Position numbers and translations under genes: made by a program. The notes under the pieces are model-generated. The model had not been told where the DNA came from and did not search any database. It was given only the letters and a program-made list of their open reading frames with translations. Positions 27,635-37,271 of a DNA stretch of 64,000 bases are shown here, piece after piece. The stretch lies in the NCBI GenBank assembly GCA_964654975.1, contig CAZZKW010000002.1, positions 34,686 to 98,685 of the forward strand, in the 5' to 3' direction. Position 1 is the first letter of the stretch; every line of letters starts with the position of its first letter. Origin of the DNA: an uncultured Woeseiaceae bacterium. Lineage in GTDB: Bacteria; Pseudomonadota; Gammaproteobacteria; Steroidobacterales; Woeseiaceae.

Positions 27635-28939
27635 ATGACGACCGCGAAAGACGGGATCGTAGCAAGAGCTCTACGAATATTTTCTGAAATTGAGCCGAAT
27701 GAGCTGAAGGCGACCTTGGTATCGACGTTTTTTGTGTTTGTACTGATGGCTTCGTACTACATTCTTCGCCCGATACGCGATGCGATGGCCAGTGACTGGA
27801 CCGACTCGGAAGTCAGTTTTCTCTGGAATATAAATTTCGTTGTCAGCGCCGCAATCGTTGCTGTGTACGGCTTTGCAGTATCACGAGTTCGGTTGCGTAA
27901 CGTTGTTCCGACGATGTACGGTTTTTTTGCCGTTACGTTTGTCGCGTTCTACTTTGGTATCTCTCTTGTCGACGATCGAGTACTCGTCGACAAGTTGTTT
28001 TACCTCTGGGTAAGTGTATTTGCACTTTTTCACGTGTCGGTCTTTTGGGCGTTCATGGCTGACACATTCAGGCCCGGGCAGGCGACGCGCCTGTTTGCGA
28101 TCATCGGTACCGGGGCGAGTGCGGGAGCGATCGTTGGTCCGGCAATTCCGGCGTTGTTCGCCGGAGTACTTGGCATCGATACTCTGATGTTGGTTGCCTC
28201 GAGCAGTTTGTTGGTCGTAATTCCACTGGTTTTCTACATCTACCACCTGAAGGCCGTCGAGCTCGGTAATCGTGGCTTCGAGGACGCCCGCAAGGACAAA
28301 ATCATCGGCGGGTACTGGTGGCAGGGGTTTCGATCCTTTGTGAGCAACCCCTATCTGTTGGGCATCGGTGCGTTCATATTGCTCTACGTTTTCATCGGAT
28401 CGTTCGTCTACTTTGAGCAGAAGAACCTCCTGGCCGATTTTTCAAGAGCAGAACGAACCCAGATTCTTGGCAGTATTGACTGGCTGGTAAATGTCCTGAC
28501 CTTCGGCATGGCGTTCTTCGTTACCGGGCGAATCGTGGGCAAACTTGGCATGCCGGTGGCGCTTGCCTTGATGCCGGTGCTGGTCTGTGCCGGTCTTCTT
28601 ATTCTTGCGTTCGCCCCGCTACTGACCGTCCTGCTGGCGCTGCAGGTTTTCCGCCGCGGGGGCAACTACGGACTGACCCGTCCGGCCCGGGAGATGCTGT
28701 TTACAAAAATTTCTCAGGAAGACCGATTCAAGGCGAAACCCGTGGTCGATATCGTCGTCTATCGAGGCGGCGATGCGGTCAGCGGATCACTATTCGCCTT
28801 CCTGACCGACGGGGTCGGTCTTGGTCTTGCGGCGGTGGCTGCTGTAGGATCAGCTATCGCAGCCGCCTGGGCAGGCGTTGGGATATGGCTCGGCAGGAAA
28901 TTCGATAACACGAAGAATACGAGGATTGAAGATGAGTAA
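27635..28939 (+). CDS. TLC/NTT-like (ATP:ADP antiporter family-like) polytopic transporter, substrate unknown
   Basis: 434 aa with about 11-12 hydrophobic helices. ELKATLVSTFFVFVLMASYYILRPIRDAM and FYLWVSVFALFHVSVFWAFMADTF..ATRLFAIIGTGASAGAIVG mirror the conserved helix 1 and helix 4-5 patterns of TLC nucleotide transporters. Confidence 0.55.
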   Translation: MTTAKDGIVARALRIFSEIEPNELKATLVSTFFVFVLMASYYILRPIRDAMASDWTDSEVSFLWNINFVVSAAIVAVYGFAVSRVRLRNVVPTMYGFFAVTFVAFYFGISLVDDRVLVDKLFYLWVSVFALFHVSVFWAFMADTFRPGQATRLFAIIGTGASAGAIVGPAIPALFAGVLGIDTLMLVASSSLLVVIPLVFYIYHLKAVELGNRGFEDARKDKIIGGYWWQGFRSFVSNPYLLGIGAFILLYVFIGSFVYFEQKNLLADFSRAERTQILGSIDWLVNVLTFGMAFFVTGRIVGKLGMPVALALMPVLVCAGLLILAFAPLLTVLLALQVFRRGGNYGLTRPAREMLFTKISQEDRFKAKPVVDIVVYRGGDAVSGSLFAFLTDGVGLGLAAVAAVGSAIAAAWAGVGIWLGRKFDNTKNTRIEDE

Positions 28940-30560
28940 GCTGTGGTTTGATCAGTACGATCCGTGGGTGCCACAGGAAATCGATCCGGATCAGTACAGC
29001 AGCGTTGTCGAAATGTTGTCGGAAGCGGGTGAGCGGTACAGCGACAAAGTCGCGTTCAGTAGTTTTGGGGCGACAAAGACCTACGCTGATGTGATGTCGT
29101 TATCGCGTGACTTCGCTGCGTACCTGCAAAACGAGTTGGGTGTCGTAAAAGGGGATCGTGTCGCCCTCATGTGCCCGAACATGATGGCATTTCCGATAGC
29201 AATGCTGGGCATACTTCGCGCGGGTGCCGTGCAGGTTAATGTTAATCCCATGTACACGGCCCGCGAACTCGAACATCAACTGAATGATTCTGAGGTCGAA
29301 ACGATTGTGGCGTTTTCGGGTTCTACCGCCACGCTGGCAGAAGTCGTCACCAACACCGGTATCAAGAACGTGATCGTCGCGGTGCTCGACGACTTTCTCG
29401 ACATCGAATTGCCGTCGCCGCCGACGGACGAAACTCTGAAAAACCCGATGACGTTCCTGGCTGCGACATCGGCTGGCAAAGAGATGCAATTTTCAGACGT
29501 CGAACTGAGCGGGGACGACCTGATTTTTTTGCAGTACACGGGCGGGACCACGGGTCTGTCGAAGGGCGCCATGCTGACGCATCGCAACCTGGTTGCGAAT
29601 ATTCTTCAGTTTGAGAGTTTCGCGGGCGACTATATTCGTTGTGGAGAGGATGTCGTTGTTACGGTGATTCCGATGTACCACATCTTCGCACTGATGGTGA
29701 ACACGTTGTCGTATTTCAAATTTGGGGCGACTAATGTCCTGATCGCGAATCCTCGCGACATGCCGGCATTCGTCGCCGAGTGGTCGAAATGGAAGGTCTC
29801 CGTTTTCACCGGTGTCAATACCCTTTACAACGGCTTGCTGCACACACCCGGTTTTGCGGATCTGGATTTCTCGAACCTGGGTTTCAGCATGGGCGGCGGT
29901 GCGCCAGTGCAAAAAGCCGTATCGGACAAATGGAAGGCAGTCACCGGCAAACACATCAAAGAGGGTTACGGGCTGTCCGAAACGTCGCCGATATTGACGG
30001 TTAATCCCTTCGGTATGGAGGAGTTCAAGAGCAGTATCGGCATTCCCTTGCCGTCGACGGACATTTCCCTGCGTGACGACGATGGCAATGAGGTTGCTCA
30101 GGGTGAGCGCGGCGAGTTATGCGCGCGGGGTCCACAGGTGATGAAAGGCTACTGGCGCCGCGAAGACGCGACCGCCGAAAGTATGACCGCCGACGGATAT
30201 TTCTGCACCGGCGATATTGCCGTGATGGACGAATCCGGATTTTTCCGAATTGTTGATCGTAAGAAAGACATGATTCTCGTCTCAGGATTCAACGTCTTCC
30301 CGAACGAGGTTGAGGCGGAAGTTGCGGCGATGGACGGCGTGCTGGAGTGTGCGTGTATCGGCGTGCCGAATGAGAAAACCGGCGAATCGGTCAAGATCTT
30401 TATCGTAAAGTCGGACGAATCGCTGACCCGCGAATCGGTACGGGAGTATTGCAAGGAGCGCCTGACGGGCTACAAAGTGCCTGTGCACATCGTTTTTATC
30501 GATGAACTGCCGAAATCAACCGTTGGCAAAATACTGCGGCGCGAACTCAGGGACCACTAG
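28932..30560 (+). CDS. fadD: Long-chain-fatty-acid--CoA ligase
   Basis: ORF 28878..30560. I prefer the ATG at 28932 (MSKLWFDQYDPWVPQEIDPDQY, matching E. coli FadD [22 protein letters not shown]). Contains NVNPMYTARELEHQLNDS and YTGGTTG. It overlaps the transporter stop by 8 nt. Confidence 0.9.
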   Translation: MSKLWFDQYDPWVPQEIDPDQYSSVVEMLSEAGERYSDKVAFSSFGATKTYADVMSLSRDFAAYLQNELGVVKGDRVALMCPNMMAFPIAMLGILRAGAVQVNVNPMYTARELEHQLNDSEVETIVAFSGSTATLAEVVTNTGIKNVIVAVLDDFLDIELPSPPTDETLKNPMTFLAATSAGKEMQFSDVELSGDDLIFLQYTGGTTGLSKGAMLTHRNLVANILQFESFAGDYIRCGEDVVVTVIPMYHIFALMVNTLSYFKFGATNVLIANPRDMPAFVAEWSKWKVSVFTGVNTLYNGLLHTPGFADLDFSNLGFSMGGGAPVQKAVSDKWKAVTGKHIKEGYGLSETSPILTVNPFGMEEFKSSIGIPLPSTDISLRDDDGNEVAQGERGELCARGPQVMKGYWRREDATAESMTADGYFCTGDIAVMDESGFFRIVDRKKDMILVSGFNVFPNEVEAEVAAMDGVLECACIGVPNEKTGESVKIFIVKSDESLTRESVREYCKERLTGYKVPVHIVFIDELPKSTVGKILRRELRDH

Positions 30561-30569
30561 CAGCCGGGC

Positions 30570-30965
30570 TCAGGCAGTTGGCAACAGCACCTGTTCACCG
30601 CCGATTCCGATGAACTTCTTTACGGTGCTGGCGCATCGCAAGGTCATTGCTTCGAGGATGATGTTGTGAATCTTGCCGGGCGCCTCGCCCGCAAGCTCTT
30701 CTTCGACGTGCAACTCGAGGTGTGAGCCGTTGACGCGGAACAGCAAAGAATGACTGGGCTCGTAACCGGACCAGCCTTTGAATTTCCAGGGTTCGCTGAA
30801 GCTCACTTTGCGGCCGTCTTTCAGCAGTGCAAAACACTCGGCATTTCGCAGCGGAACCTCAACGGAGTACTCGCTGACGTCGGTATGGCTCGCGCCCCGT
30901 AGCGGAATCAGGTCATCAAGCAGCGAAACGGCGTCCGGTATTGCTAGCGGTTGCGGCTGTATCAT
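30570..30965 (-). CDS. Hypothetical protein (orphan)
   Basis: 131 aa with an ATG preceded by GGGGAG. No recognisable motif. G+C is similar to the core genes. Confidence 0.55.
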   Translation of the reverse strand: MIQPQPLAIPDAVSLLDDLIPLRGASHTDVSEYSVEVPLRNAECFALLKDGRKVSFSEPWKFKGWSGYEPSHSLLFRVNGSHLELHVEEELAGEAPGKIHNIILEAMTLRCASTVKKFIGIGGEQVLLPTA

Positions 30966-31022
30966 GTCGATCTCCCCATTGGCTTTTGTGACTTGCTACC
31001 AGTCTACGCCAGGGGGTCATCA

Positions 31023-31059
31023 AATTTCACAGAAAGAATTTCACAGTGTTAATTTCACA
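31023..31059. repeat. Three perfect AATTTCACA direct repeats with 14-bp periodicity
   Basis: Read directly at 31023-31031, 31037-31045 and 31051-31059. They lie 58-94 bp upstream of the start of the 30570..30965 gene, at the edge of an AT-rich stretch. Confidence 0.9.
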
Positions 31060-31161
31060 AATTTATCGATCTTCAGCGTGTGTCTGCGGACTCGATAACG
31101 AACGGACGGTTTGGTTCGATGGTGGTGATTCTGCTGGTCCACCAAGCCAAGCCCGCAAGTA

Positions 31162-31485
31162 TCACGTTGACGGAGTGCTAGTCTTTAACTCTAATAACTC
31201 AAGAAGGAGCTTCGTGCGTTTGGACGACAATACTTGTTGTCCAAAAAAAGCCGGCATCACAATTGTAAAGACATGTAAGAAGGAGACTGGCTGCATAAAT
31301 ACATTCCAATTAAATGCATCCCAATATAGACCGGCAAGAATAAACGCACTTGCCATAACTAGTATGACTAGCAAGCCCCTACTACTACTGAGTTTGTTAA
31401 TTCTTAACTCAATTTTTCGGATTCTGGCATCGGGGGTTCTTATTTTGCAGTACGCCTCGGCGCTTTCGATCGTATTAATTTCCAC
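31162..31485 (-). CDS. Hypothetical small membrane protein (2 predicted TM helices)
   Basis: 107 aa with a GTG start 8 nt after GGAG. Hydrophobic segments GLLVILVMASAFILAGLYW and VSFLHVFTIVMPAFFG. A hand-counted 120-nt sample gives about 39% G+C. Confidence 0.45.
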   Translation of the reverse strand: MEINTIESAEAYCKIRTPDARIRKIELRINKLSSSRGLLVILVMASAFILAGLYWDAFNWNVFMQPVSFLHVFTIVMPAFFGQQVLSSKRTKLLLELLELKTSTPST

Positions 31486-31642
31486 TTACTTTTCTCCATA
31501 ACCTGGTTCGGTGTATCGCGTTTTGGCTAACTTCCCGGCGGCAAGTTCTGCGCATGTCAGGCATTTCGTGGTTTGGTACAGTATAAAGACCATTGTCGGC
31601 CGAAAACGCGTTTCGCAATATTTAGTACGTTACGCCTCAGCT

Positions 31643-32236
31643 TCATGGTTTATTAACGCATTGTGTGGGACCCTCCAACAGGGTCTCAGACCCATCGGGA
31701 TTTAGTCGCGTGATCGACGTGCGCCCTGAAATCGATAGCATAACGGACCAATAGTCTCGATCTACTGCTGGGCCGTCCAGCGACAACATGCCGGAGGCAT
31801 CCTTACCCAAATTCCATTCAACCGAATTGAGGAACTCTGAGTCGTAGACACCTTTTAGCCAAAGCGTGGCGCGCCGCCAAAACGAAAGGTTACGCCAATC
31901 GATACACGGCTCACCAAGCTTTCTTGAAAGAATAAGGAATTGTTTCTCCAGGATGGCATTGGCTTCCTCACGCGAGTTTGCCGGAAGTACAACAAACTGG
32001 CTTCCTACAATTCCGCTCGAGCACGAATACGCCACGTATCCGGTCTTATCCTCAAACTCGAATACAAATGCATAGAAACCCCGAGCTTCCGAAGCACCTT
32101 CGATCGCGACTGCACCATTCCCACGCTCAATCTCGGAAATATCAATACAAGGCGCACCGTGAGAAACGCCGCGTAGATCCGCTGCGGTTGCGGCACCGCC
32201 CAAGAGAAGCCAAAGTACGGGTAACGAAAATCTCAT
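31643..32236 (-). CDS. Hypothetical secreted protein
   Basis: ORF 31643..32254. I prefer Met at 32236 (MRFSLPVLWLLLGGAATAADL, a signal peptide). No family motif recognised. Confidence 0.55.
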   Translation of the reverse strand: MRFSLPVLWLLLGGAATAADLRGVSHGAPCIDISEIERGNGAVAIEGASEARGFYAFVFEFEDKTGYVAYSCSSGIVGSQFVVLPANSREEANAILEKQFLILSRKLGEPCIDWRNLSFWRRATLWLKGVYDSEFLNSVEWNLGKDASGMLSLDGPAVDRDYWSVMLSISGRTSITRLNPDGSETLLEGPTQCVNKP

Positions 32237-32521
32237 GATCACGCTGCGTAACAACTGATTCTACCGCGCCGACATTTGAGTCGAACGCGACGTAACCAGT
32301 TCATGTCGTTTCTCGGAAAATTCATCTAAGCACACTATAATACGCGCCGCGTGTGTCGCCGCAAGCGGAGTATAACGACGAACGTTTTTTGACAGGCGCC
32401 GACGTTGTCCATTCTCGCAGCCGGCTGTAGTCCCACCACTCTCTACCCTATTTCCGGTACGTTTCCGGCTTTTCCGACCGAGTACAATCGAATAACACCG
32501 CCCTATCGATACAACACGCCT

Positions 32522-34297
32522 ATGACCGCCTACAACCCACCCATCAAGGATATGCTTTTTGCGATCCACGAGTTATCTGGAATCGATCAGGTCCTGCAGA
32601 TCGAGAAGTTCGCCGATTTTGATACTGAGGTTGTGGACCAGGTTGTAGCGGAAGCCGGGAAGTTCGCCGCGGAAGTATTGTCGCCTATTAACATTCCCGG
32701 CGATCAGGCCGGCAGCCAGATTGTCGACGGCGGTGTTGTCGCTGCGCCCGGATTCGCTGCGGCGTACGGGCAATTTAGCGAGAACGGCTGGTCGAGTCTG
32801 GAGGCATCCCCGGAGTACGATGGCATGGGTATGCCGAGCATCGTTGCCGCCGCCGCCACGGAATCCTGGCAGGCGGCGTGCCTGTCATTTTCGCTCGGTC
32901 CAATGCTGACGGGCAGCGCGATCCACGCCATCGAGACACACGCTGCCGATGCAGTGCGCGCCAGGTACTTGCCAAAACTGACCAGCGGCGAGTGGAGTGG
33001 CACGATGAATCTGACGGAGCCCCAGGCAGGCTCCGATCTTTCGATTGTTGCGACCAAAGCGATCCGGGATGGTGATCATTACCGTATCAGCGGTACGAAA
33101 ATTTTCATCACCTGGGGCGATCAGGAGTTTACGGAGAACGTCATCCACCTGGTGTTGGCACGGTTGCCCGATGCTCCGAGTGGCGTTCGCGGTTTGTCAT
33201 TGTTTATCGTTCCGAAATTTCTGATCAACGACGACGGCAGCATCGGCAAACGTAACGATGTGTCGGTGGTGGGGATCGAACACAAGCTCGGCATCCACGC
33301 GAGTCCTACTTGCGTGATGTCCTTTGGTGAGAACGAGGGTGCCGTCGGTTTCCTGCTGGGAGAGGAAAATACCGGCCTTACCGGCATGTTCACGATGATG
33401 AACCACGCACGAATCCAGGTCGGAATCCAGGGCCTCGGCATTAGCGAGCGGGCGTATCAGCTAGCCCGGTCTTACGCTCTGGAGCGTAAGCAGGGCCGCA
33501 CCGTTGGCGCCAAAGGCAGTGTGACCATCGTTCATCACCCGGACGTTCGCAGAATGCTGTTGCTGATGAAGTCGCAAATCGAAGCGATGCGTGCGCTGGC
33601 CTATTACACCGCCGGCGTTGTTGATTTTTCGCGGCATTCGCCGGACGAACAGCAGCGCGCAAACGCCGCCAGTCGAAACGCGCTGTTGACACCGGTACTG
33701 AAAGCCTGGGCGACGGAGACGGCGCAGGAAGTGACGTCGCTGGGCGTGCAAATACACGGCGGTATGGGCTTCGTCGAAGAAACCGGAGCCGCTCAACACA
33801 TGCGCGATGCACGCATTCTCACAATCTACGAGGGGACGACGGGTATTCAGGCGCTGGATTTTGTGGGTCGCAAGATTTTGGCAGACGACGGCAAGGCGAT
33901 TCGTGAGTTGATCGCAGAGATGCGAACGCTCGATGACGAGCTCAATGGCGATGAACGGCTGACAGAAATACGTACCGCGTTAAGCGAGGGCGTCGACCAT
34001 CTGTCCGCTGCAACCGATTGGTTGATCGAGCAGGCGCCGGGTGATCCCGATGCGGCTGGTTCGGCATCGGTGAACATGCTTATGCTGGCCGGTACGGTGA
34101 TCGGTGGCTGGCAAACGGCGCGAGCGGCGCTTGCGATCACCGCCGGTGCATCGTCAGACGATGCGGCGTTTGCGGCGGCCAAGATAACGACTGCACAATT
34201 CTACGCGCAACACATCTTACCCAGAGCACGCGGGCTGCACGCCGCAGCAACCGCGGGTAGTCACGTGCTAATGGCGCTTCCCGAAGAGTCGTTCTGA
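32522..34297 (+). CDS. Long (591 aa) acyl-CoA dehydrogenase of the FadE/DmdC-type architecture
   Basis: ORF 32405..34297. I prefer the ATG at 32522 (MTAYNPPIKDMLFAIHEL, typical of the N-terminal extension domain). Contains NLTEPQAGSD, GTKIFITWGD and IYEGTTGIQALD, plus a C-terminal extra domain. Confidence 0.8.
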   Translation: MTAYNPPIKDMLFAIHELSGIDQVLQIEKFADFDTEVVDQVVAEAGKFAAEVLSPINIPGDQAGSQIVDGGVVAAPGFAAAYGQFSENGWSSLEASPEYDGMGMPSIVAAAATESWQAACLSFSLGPMLTGSAIHAIETHAADAVRARYLPKLTSGEWSGTMNLTEPQAGSDLSIVATKAIRDGDHYRISGTKIFITWGDQEFTENVIHLVLARLPDAPSGVRGLSLFIVPKFLINDDGSIGKRNDVSVVGIEHKLGIHASPTCVMSFGENEGAVGFLLGEENTGLTGMFTMMNHARIQVGIQGLGISERAYQLARSYALERKQGRTVGAKGSVTIVHHPDVRRMLLLMKSQIEAMRALAYYTAGVVDFSRHSPDEQQRANAASRNALLTPVLKAWATETAQEVTSLGVQIHGGMGFVEETGAAQHMRDARILTIYEGTTGIQALDFVGRKILADDGKAIRELIAEMRTLDDELNGDERLTEIRTALSEGVDHLSAATDWLIEQAPGDPDAAGSASVNMLMLAGTVIGGWQTARAALAITAGASSDDAAFAAAKITTAQFYAQHILPRARGLHAAATAGSHVLMALPEESF

Positions 34298-34314
34298 AGC
34301 TGGCGAAAAATGTC

Positions 34315-35607
34315 TCAAGGCTGCTTGTAGACTTTTCCGCCCTTCATAACAAAGTGTACATCCAGCAACTCTTCGATATTCTCGAGCGGGGAGGCATCGA
34401 CGGCGATGATGTCGGCGAACTTGCCAGCCTCGATCGTCGCGACGGAATCGCTCATGTCGATCAGATCCGCTGCGTTGATCGTTGCCGCGACGATCACGTC
34501 CATTTCCGCCATACCACCCTCGACCATCAGCACGGCCTCTTGGGCATTATTGCCGTGCGGCGATATGCCACTGTCGGTGCCGTAGGCGATGTTGACGCCT
34601 GCTTTGTGGGCCCTTTCGAATGACCCGGCCATGTCGTTGCCTACTCTTATCGCTTTCGCTTTCACCGCGTCACTCATGAAATCGGCATCGATCGCGAGCG
34701 TCGCGACGGTCTTGCCGGCGAGCAGGGTAGGGACCAGGTAGGCGCCGGTTTTCCTGAATAACTTTATCGCCCTGGGCCCGGTGTAGGAGCCGTGCTCGAT
34801 ACTCGCAACGCCGGCTTCCAGTGCCGCAACAATTCCGTCTTCGTGGTGAGCGTGGGAGGCAACCTTGCGACCCATGCGCGTAGCCGCCAGAACGACCTCC
34901 CGAAGTTCGTCCATTTCCATCTGTTGACCGGTGCCGGTTGCGCGGTCGGTCATCACGCCGCCGGTCGATGTGATCTTGATCAGGTCCGCGCCGTATTTGA
35001 TGGCGTTGCGGGCAGCGCGCCGACAGTCGTACGGTCCGTCGCAGATATTCGGTGAGGTCAGCATTTCCATCAGTTCTGGGCTCACCCCACTAATATCAGC
35101 GTGGCCGCCGGTGATACCAACACCGCCTGCGGCTATGATCCGCGGGCCGTCTATCCAACCCTTGTCGATGGCATCGCGCATGGCATACATTTCCTGCGGT
35201 GACGAACCGACGTCGCGAACGGTCGTGAATCCGGCTTTTAATGTATTCATCGCAAAATGGATACTGCGCATCTGCATCAACTGGTCCGACATTTTCAGCG
35301 CATCACTGTCATTTTTCGGCCCGAGTTCGCCCTGCAGGTGAACGTGCATGTCCAGCAGTCCCGGCAACACGAATTTCTCGCTGAGGTCGATGATACGAAC
35401 ATCACCGTCAAAATCGGTAGCGCTGGCAAACCCGTCAATCACCTCGACGATACGCTCATTGGTCACGACGATTGTCTGGTTTGCGCGAGGAGACTCACCG
35501 GGCACCGCCAGTAGTTCGCCCGCGTGGATCAATGTTGTCTCCGCAACAGCGGATACGCCGAGCGCCAGCAGGACAACGCTTGTCAGAAATTTGTAGCGAT
35601 GAATCAT
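34315..35607 (-). CDS. Periplasmic amidohydrolase-superfamily hydrolase (Xaa-Pro / Xaa-Arg dipeptidase-like)
   Basis: 430 aa with a signal peptide. Contains PGLLDMHVHL (HxH metal site), KITSTGG, VASHAHH and YGTDSG. Confidence 0.75.
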   Translation of the reverse strand: MIHRYKFLTSVVLLALGVSAVAETTLIHAGELLAVPGESPRANQTIVVTNERIVEVIDGFASATDFDGDVRIIDLSEKFVLPGLLDMHVHLQGELGPKNDSDALKMSDQLMQMRSIHFAMNTLKAGFTTVRDVGSSPQEMYAMRDAIDKGWIDGPRIIAAGGVGITGGHADISGVSPELMEMLTSPNICDGPYDCRRAARNAIKYGADLIKITSTGGVMTDRATGTGQQMEMDELREVVLAATRMGRKVASHAHHEDGIVAALEAGVASIEHGSYTGPRAIKLFRKTGAYLVPTLLAGKTVATLAIDADFMSDAVKAKAIRVGNDMAGSFERAHKAGVNIAYGTDSGISPHGNNAQEAVLMVEGGMAEMDVIVAATINAADLIDMSDSVATIEAGKFADIIAVDASPLENIEELLDVHFVMKGGKVYKQP

Positions 35608-35622
35608 GAGTGTTCCTATCGG

Positions 35623-37029
35623 TTACCGTATTTTTCTCAGGAATTTGAACTTCTTCTCGGTGTAAGGCGCGTAGCGAACGTCAAGGTCCGGCCACCAGCT
35701 GCGCCTCATCACCGCTTTCATATGGCTGAAAGTCTCGAAGCCTCTGCGTCCGCTATAAGCGCCCATACCGCTTTTACCAACGCCGCCGAAGGGCAACTCG
35801 TGAACGGCCATAAACATCATTACGTCGTTGACGCAGGCGCTGCCGCTACTGACGTTCTCCAGAAACTTTTCTTCGGCGGCTTTATCGTTCGTAAAGATGT
35901 AGGCGGCGAGCGGTTTGTCGCCGCCACGAATCTGTGCGATCGCCGCTTCCAGGTTTTCAGCGCGGGCTATCGGTAACACGGGGCCGAACGTTTCTTCTTG
36001 CATGACCGGGCTGTCCATTGCCACATTGCTCAACACCGTTGGTGCAATGTATCGATCCGACGCGTCCATCTCACCGCCAAAAGCAGGCGTATCCGATTCG
36101 ATCAGGCGACTGATGCGTTCGAAGTGACGATCGTTAATGATCCGGCCGTAGGAGTTCGATTGTTGCGGCTTGTCACCGAACATCTCGCGCACCGATTTTT
36201 CCAGTAATGGCAGTAGCAGTGCTTCCGTTTTGGCATCCGTCAGTATGTAATCCGGCGCGGTGCAAGTTTGTCCTGCGTTGGTGAACTTCCCCCACGCGAT
36301 TCGCCGCGCCGTTGTCTTAAGGTCGGCGTCCGGCATTACGACGCATGGGTTCTTGCCACCGAGTTCCAGCGTCACGGGCGTCAGGTGCTTCGCTGCCGCT
36401 GCCATGACGATACGTCCGACGTTGCCGCCGCCGGTGTACAGAATATGATCGAAAGGCTGGTCGAGTAGAGCGGTTGTCTCGGTGACGGCCCCTTCGACAA
36501 CCCTGATGCAGTCCGGATCGAGATATTCCGGCACCAGTTTTGCGAGCAGTGCCGATGTCGCCGAAGCAAGTTCCGACGGTTTTATGACGACGCAGTTGCC
36601 CGCTGCGATAGCAGCAGATACTCCCGCCAGGCACAGTTGCAGTGGATAATTCCACGCACCAATAACCAGTACCACGCCCAGTGGCTCGGCTTGAATCCAG
36701 CTCTTGCCCGGTTGCCCGACAATCGGTGTGCTAACGCGCTGCTTTCTTGTCCAGCGATTCAGTTTCTTGCGGCAGTACGCTGCGTCACCACCGACGTAGG
36801 CGGTCTCGGTCGCGTAGGATTCCATCGGAGATTTACCCAGATCGGAATGCAGGGCATCGAACCAGTCGCTTTCCCGCTCCTTCATCATTCGTTCTATTGC
36901 TTCGAGCTGAGCGCGCCGCCAGGCGAGGCTGCGAGTCTTGCCGCTAAGAAATACCGCGGTCAGATCCGAGAACAGGCCAGCGAAATCCGCGTCGGTGACG
37001 GGCTCGTGCCGTAGGGCGGGTTCGGACAT
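35623..37029 (-). CDS. Class 3 aldehyde dehydrogenase (fatty/coniferyl aldehyde dehydrogenase-like)
   Basis: ORF 35623..37131. The start is uncertain: I chose Met at 37029 (468 aa, typical for ALDH3), while 37131 would add 34 aa. Contains ELGGKNP and GQTCTAPDY (catalytic Glu and Cys). Confidence 0.8.
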   Translation of the reverse strand: MSEPALRHEPVTDADFAGLFSDLTAVFLSGKTRSLAWRRAQLEAIERMMKERESDWFDALHSDLGKSPMESYATETAYVGGDAAYCRKKLNRWTRKQRVSTPIVGQPGKSWIQAEPLGVVLVIGAWNYPLQLCLAGVSAAIAAGNCVVIKPSELASATSALLAKLVPEYLDPDCIRVVEGAVTETTALLDQPFDHILYTGGGNVGRIVMAAAAKHLTPVTLELGGKNPCVVMPDADLKTTARRIAWGKFTNAGQTCTAPDYILTDAKTEALLLPLLEKSVREMFGDKPQQSNSYGRIINDRHFERISRLIESDTPAFGGEMDASDRYIAPTVLSNVAMDSPVMQEETFGPVLPIARAENLEAAIAQIRGGDKPLAAYIFTNDKAAEEKFLENVSSGSACVNDVMMFMAVHELPFGGVGKSGMGAYSGRRGFETFSHMKAVMRRSWWPDLDVRYAPYTEKKFKFLRKIR

Positions 37030-37271
37030 GTCGGTTTGCTCTACCAATACTGGGGGCTTGATTCTGCCTGTCAGAGAGCTGGTAGGGAAGCGGTTATCGG
37101 GAGTGGGCATATCGTACGCCTGCATTTGCACGAAGTAGAATTGCAGTTTGTTGTTCCGAGAGCTAAGGAGTCAGGTATCTGGATGAAGTTTCTGATAAAC
37201 GCCATGTACTGGCTACAGAGCGAGGGTCCCAAAAACGGCCGCGGTAGAATCCGCTGTTCGGTGGAAAAATC

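Noticed and set aside
31046-31501. 151-aa plus-strand ORF overlapping the 107-aa minus-strand ORF
   Set aside because: It has a GTG start without an RBS and a Cys/Ser/Asn-rich N-terminal half with no structure. The opposite-strand ORF has a GGAG-N8-GTG start and two clean TM helices, so I preferred that one, with low confidence.
28932-34297. Calling fadD as dmdB and the 591-aa ACAD as dmdC to complete a DMSP demethylation pathway
   Set aside because: The ligase is colinear with E. coli FadD from the first residues. The long ACAD architecture is shared by generic FadE enzymes and DmdC, so sequence alone cannot separate them. Both genes are also about 20 kb from the DmdA-like gene.
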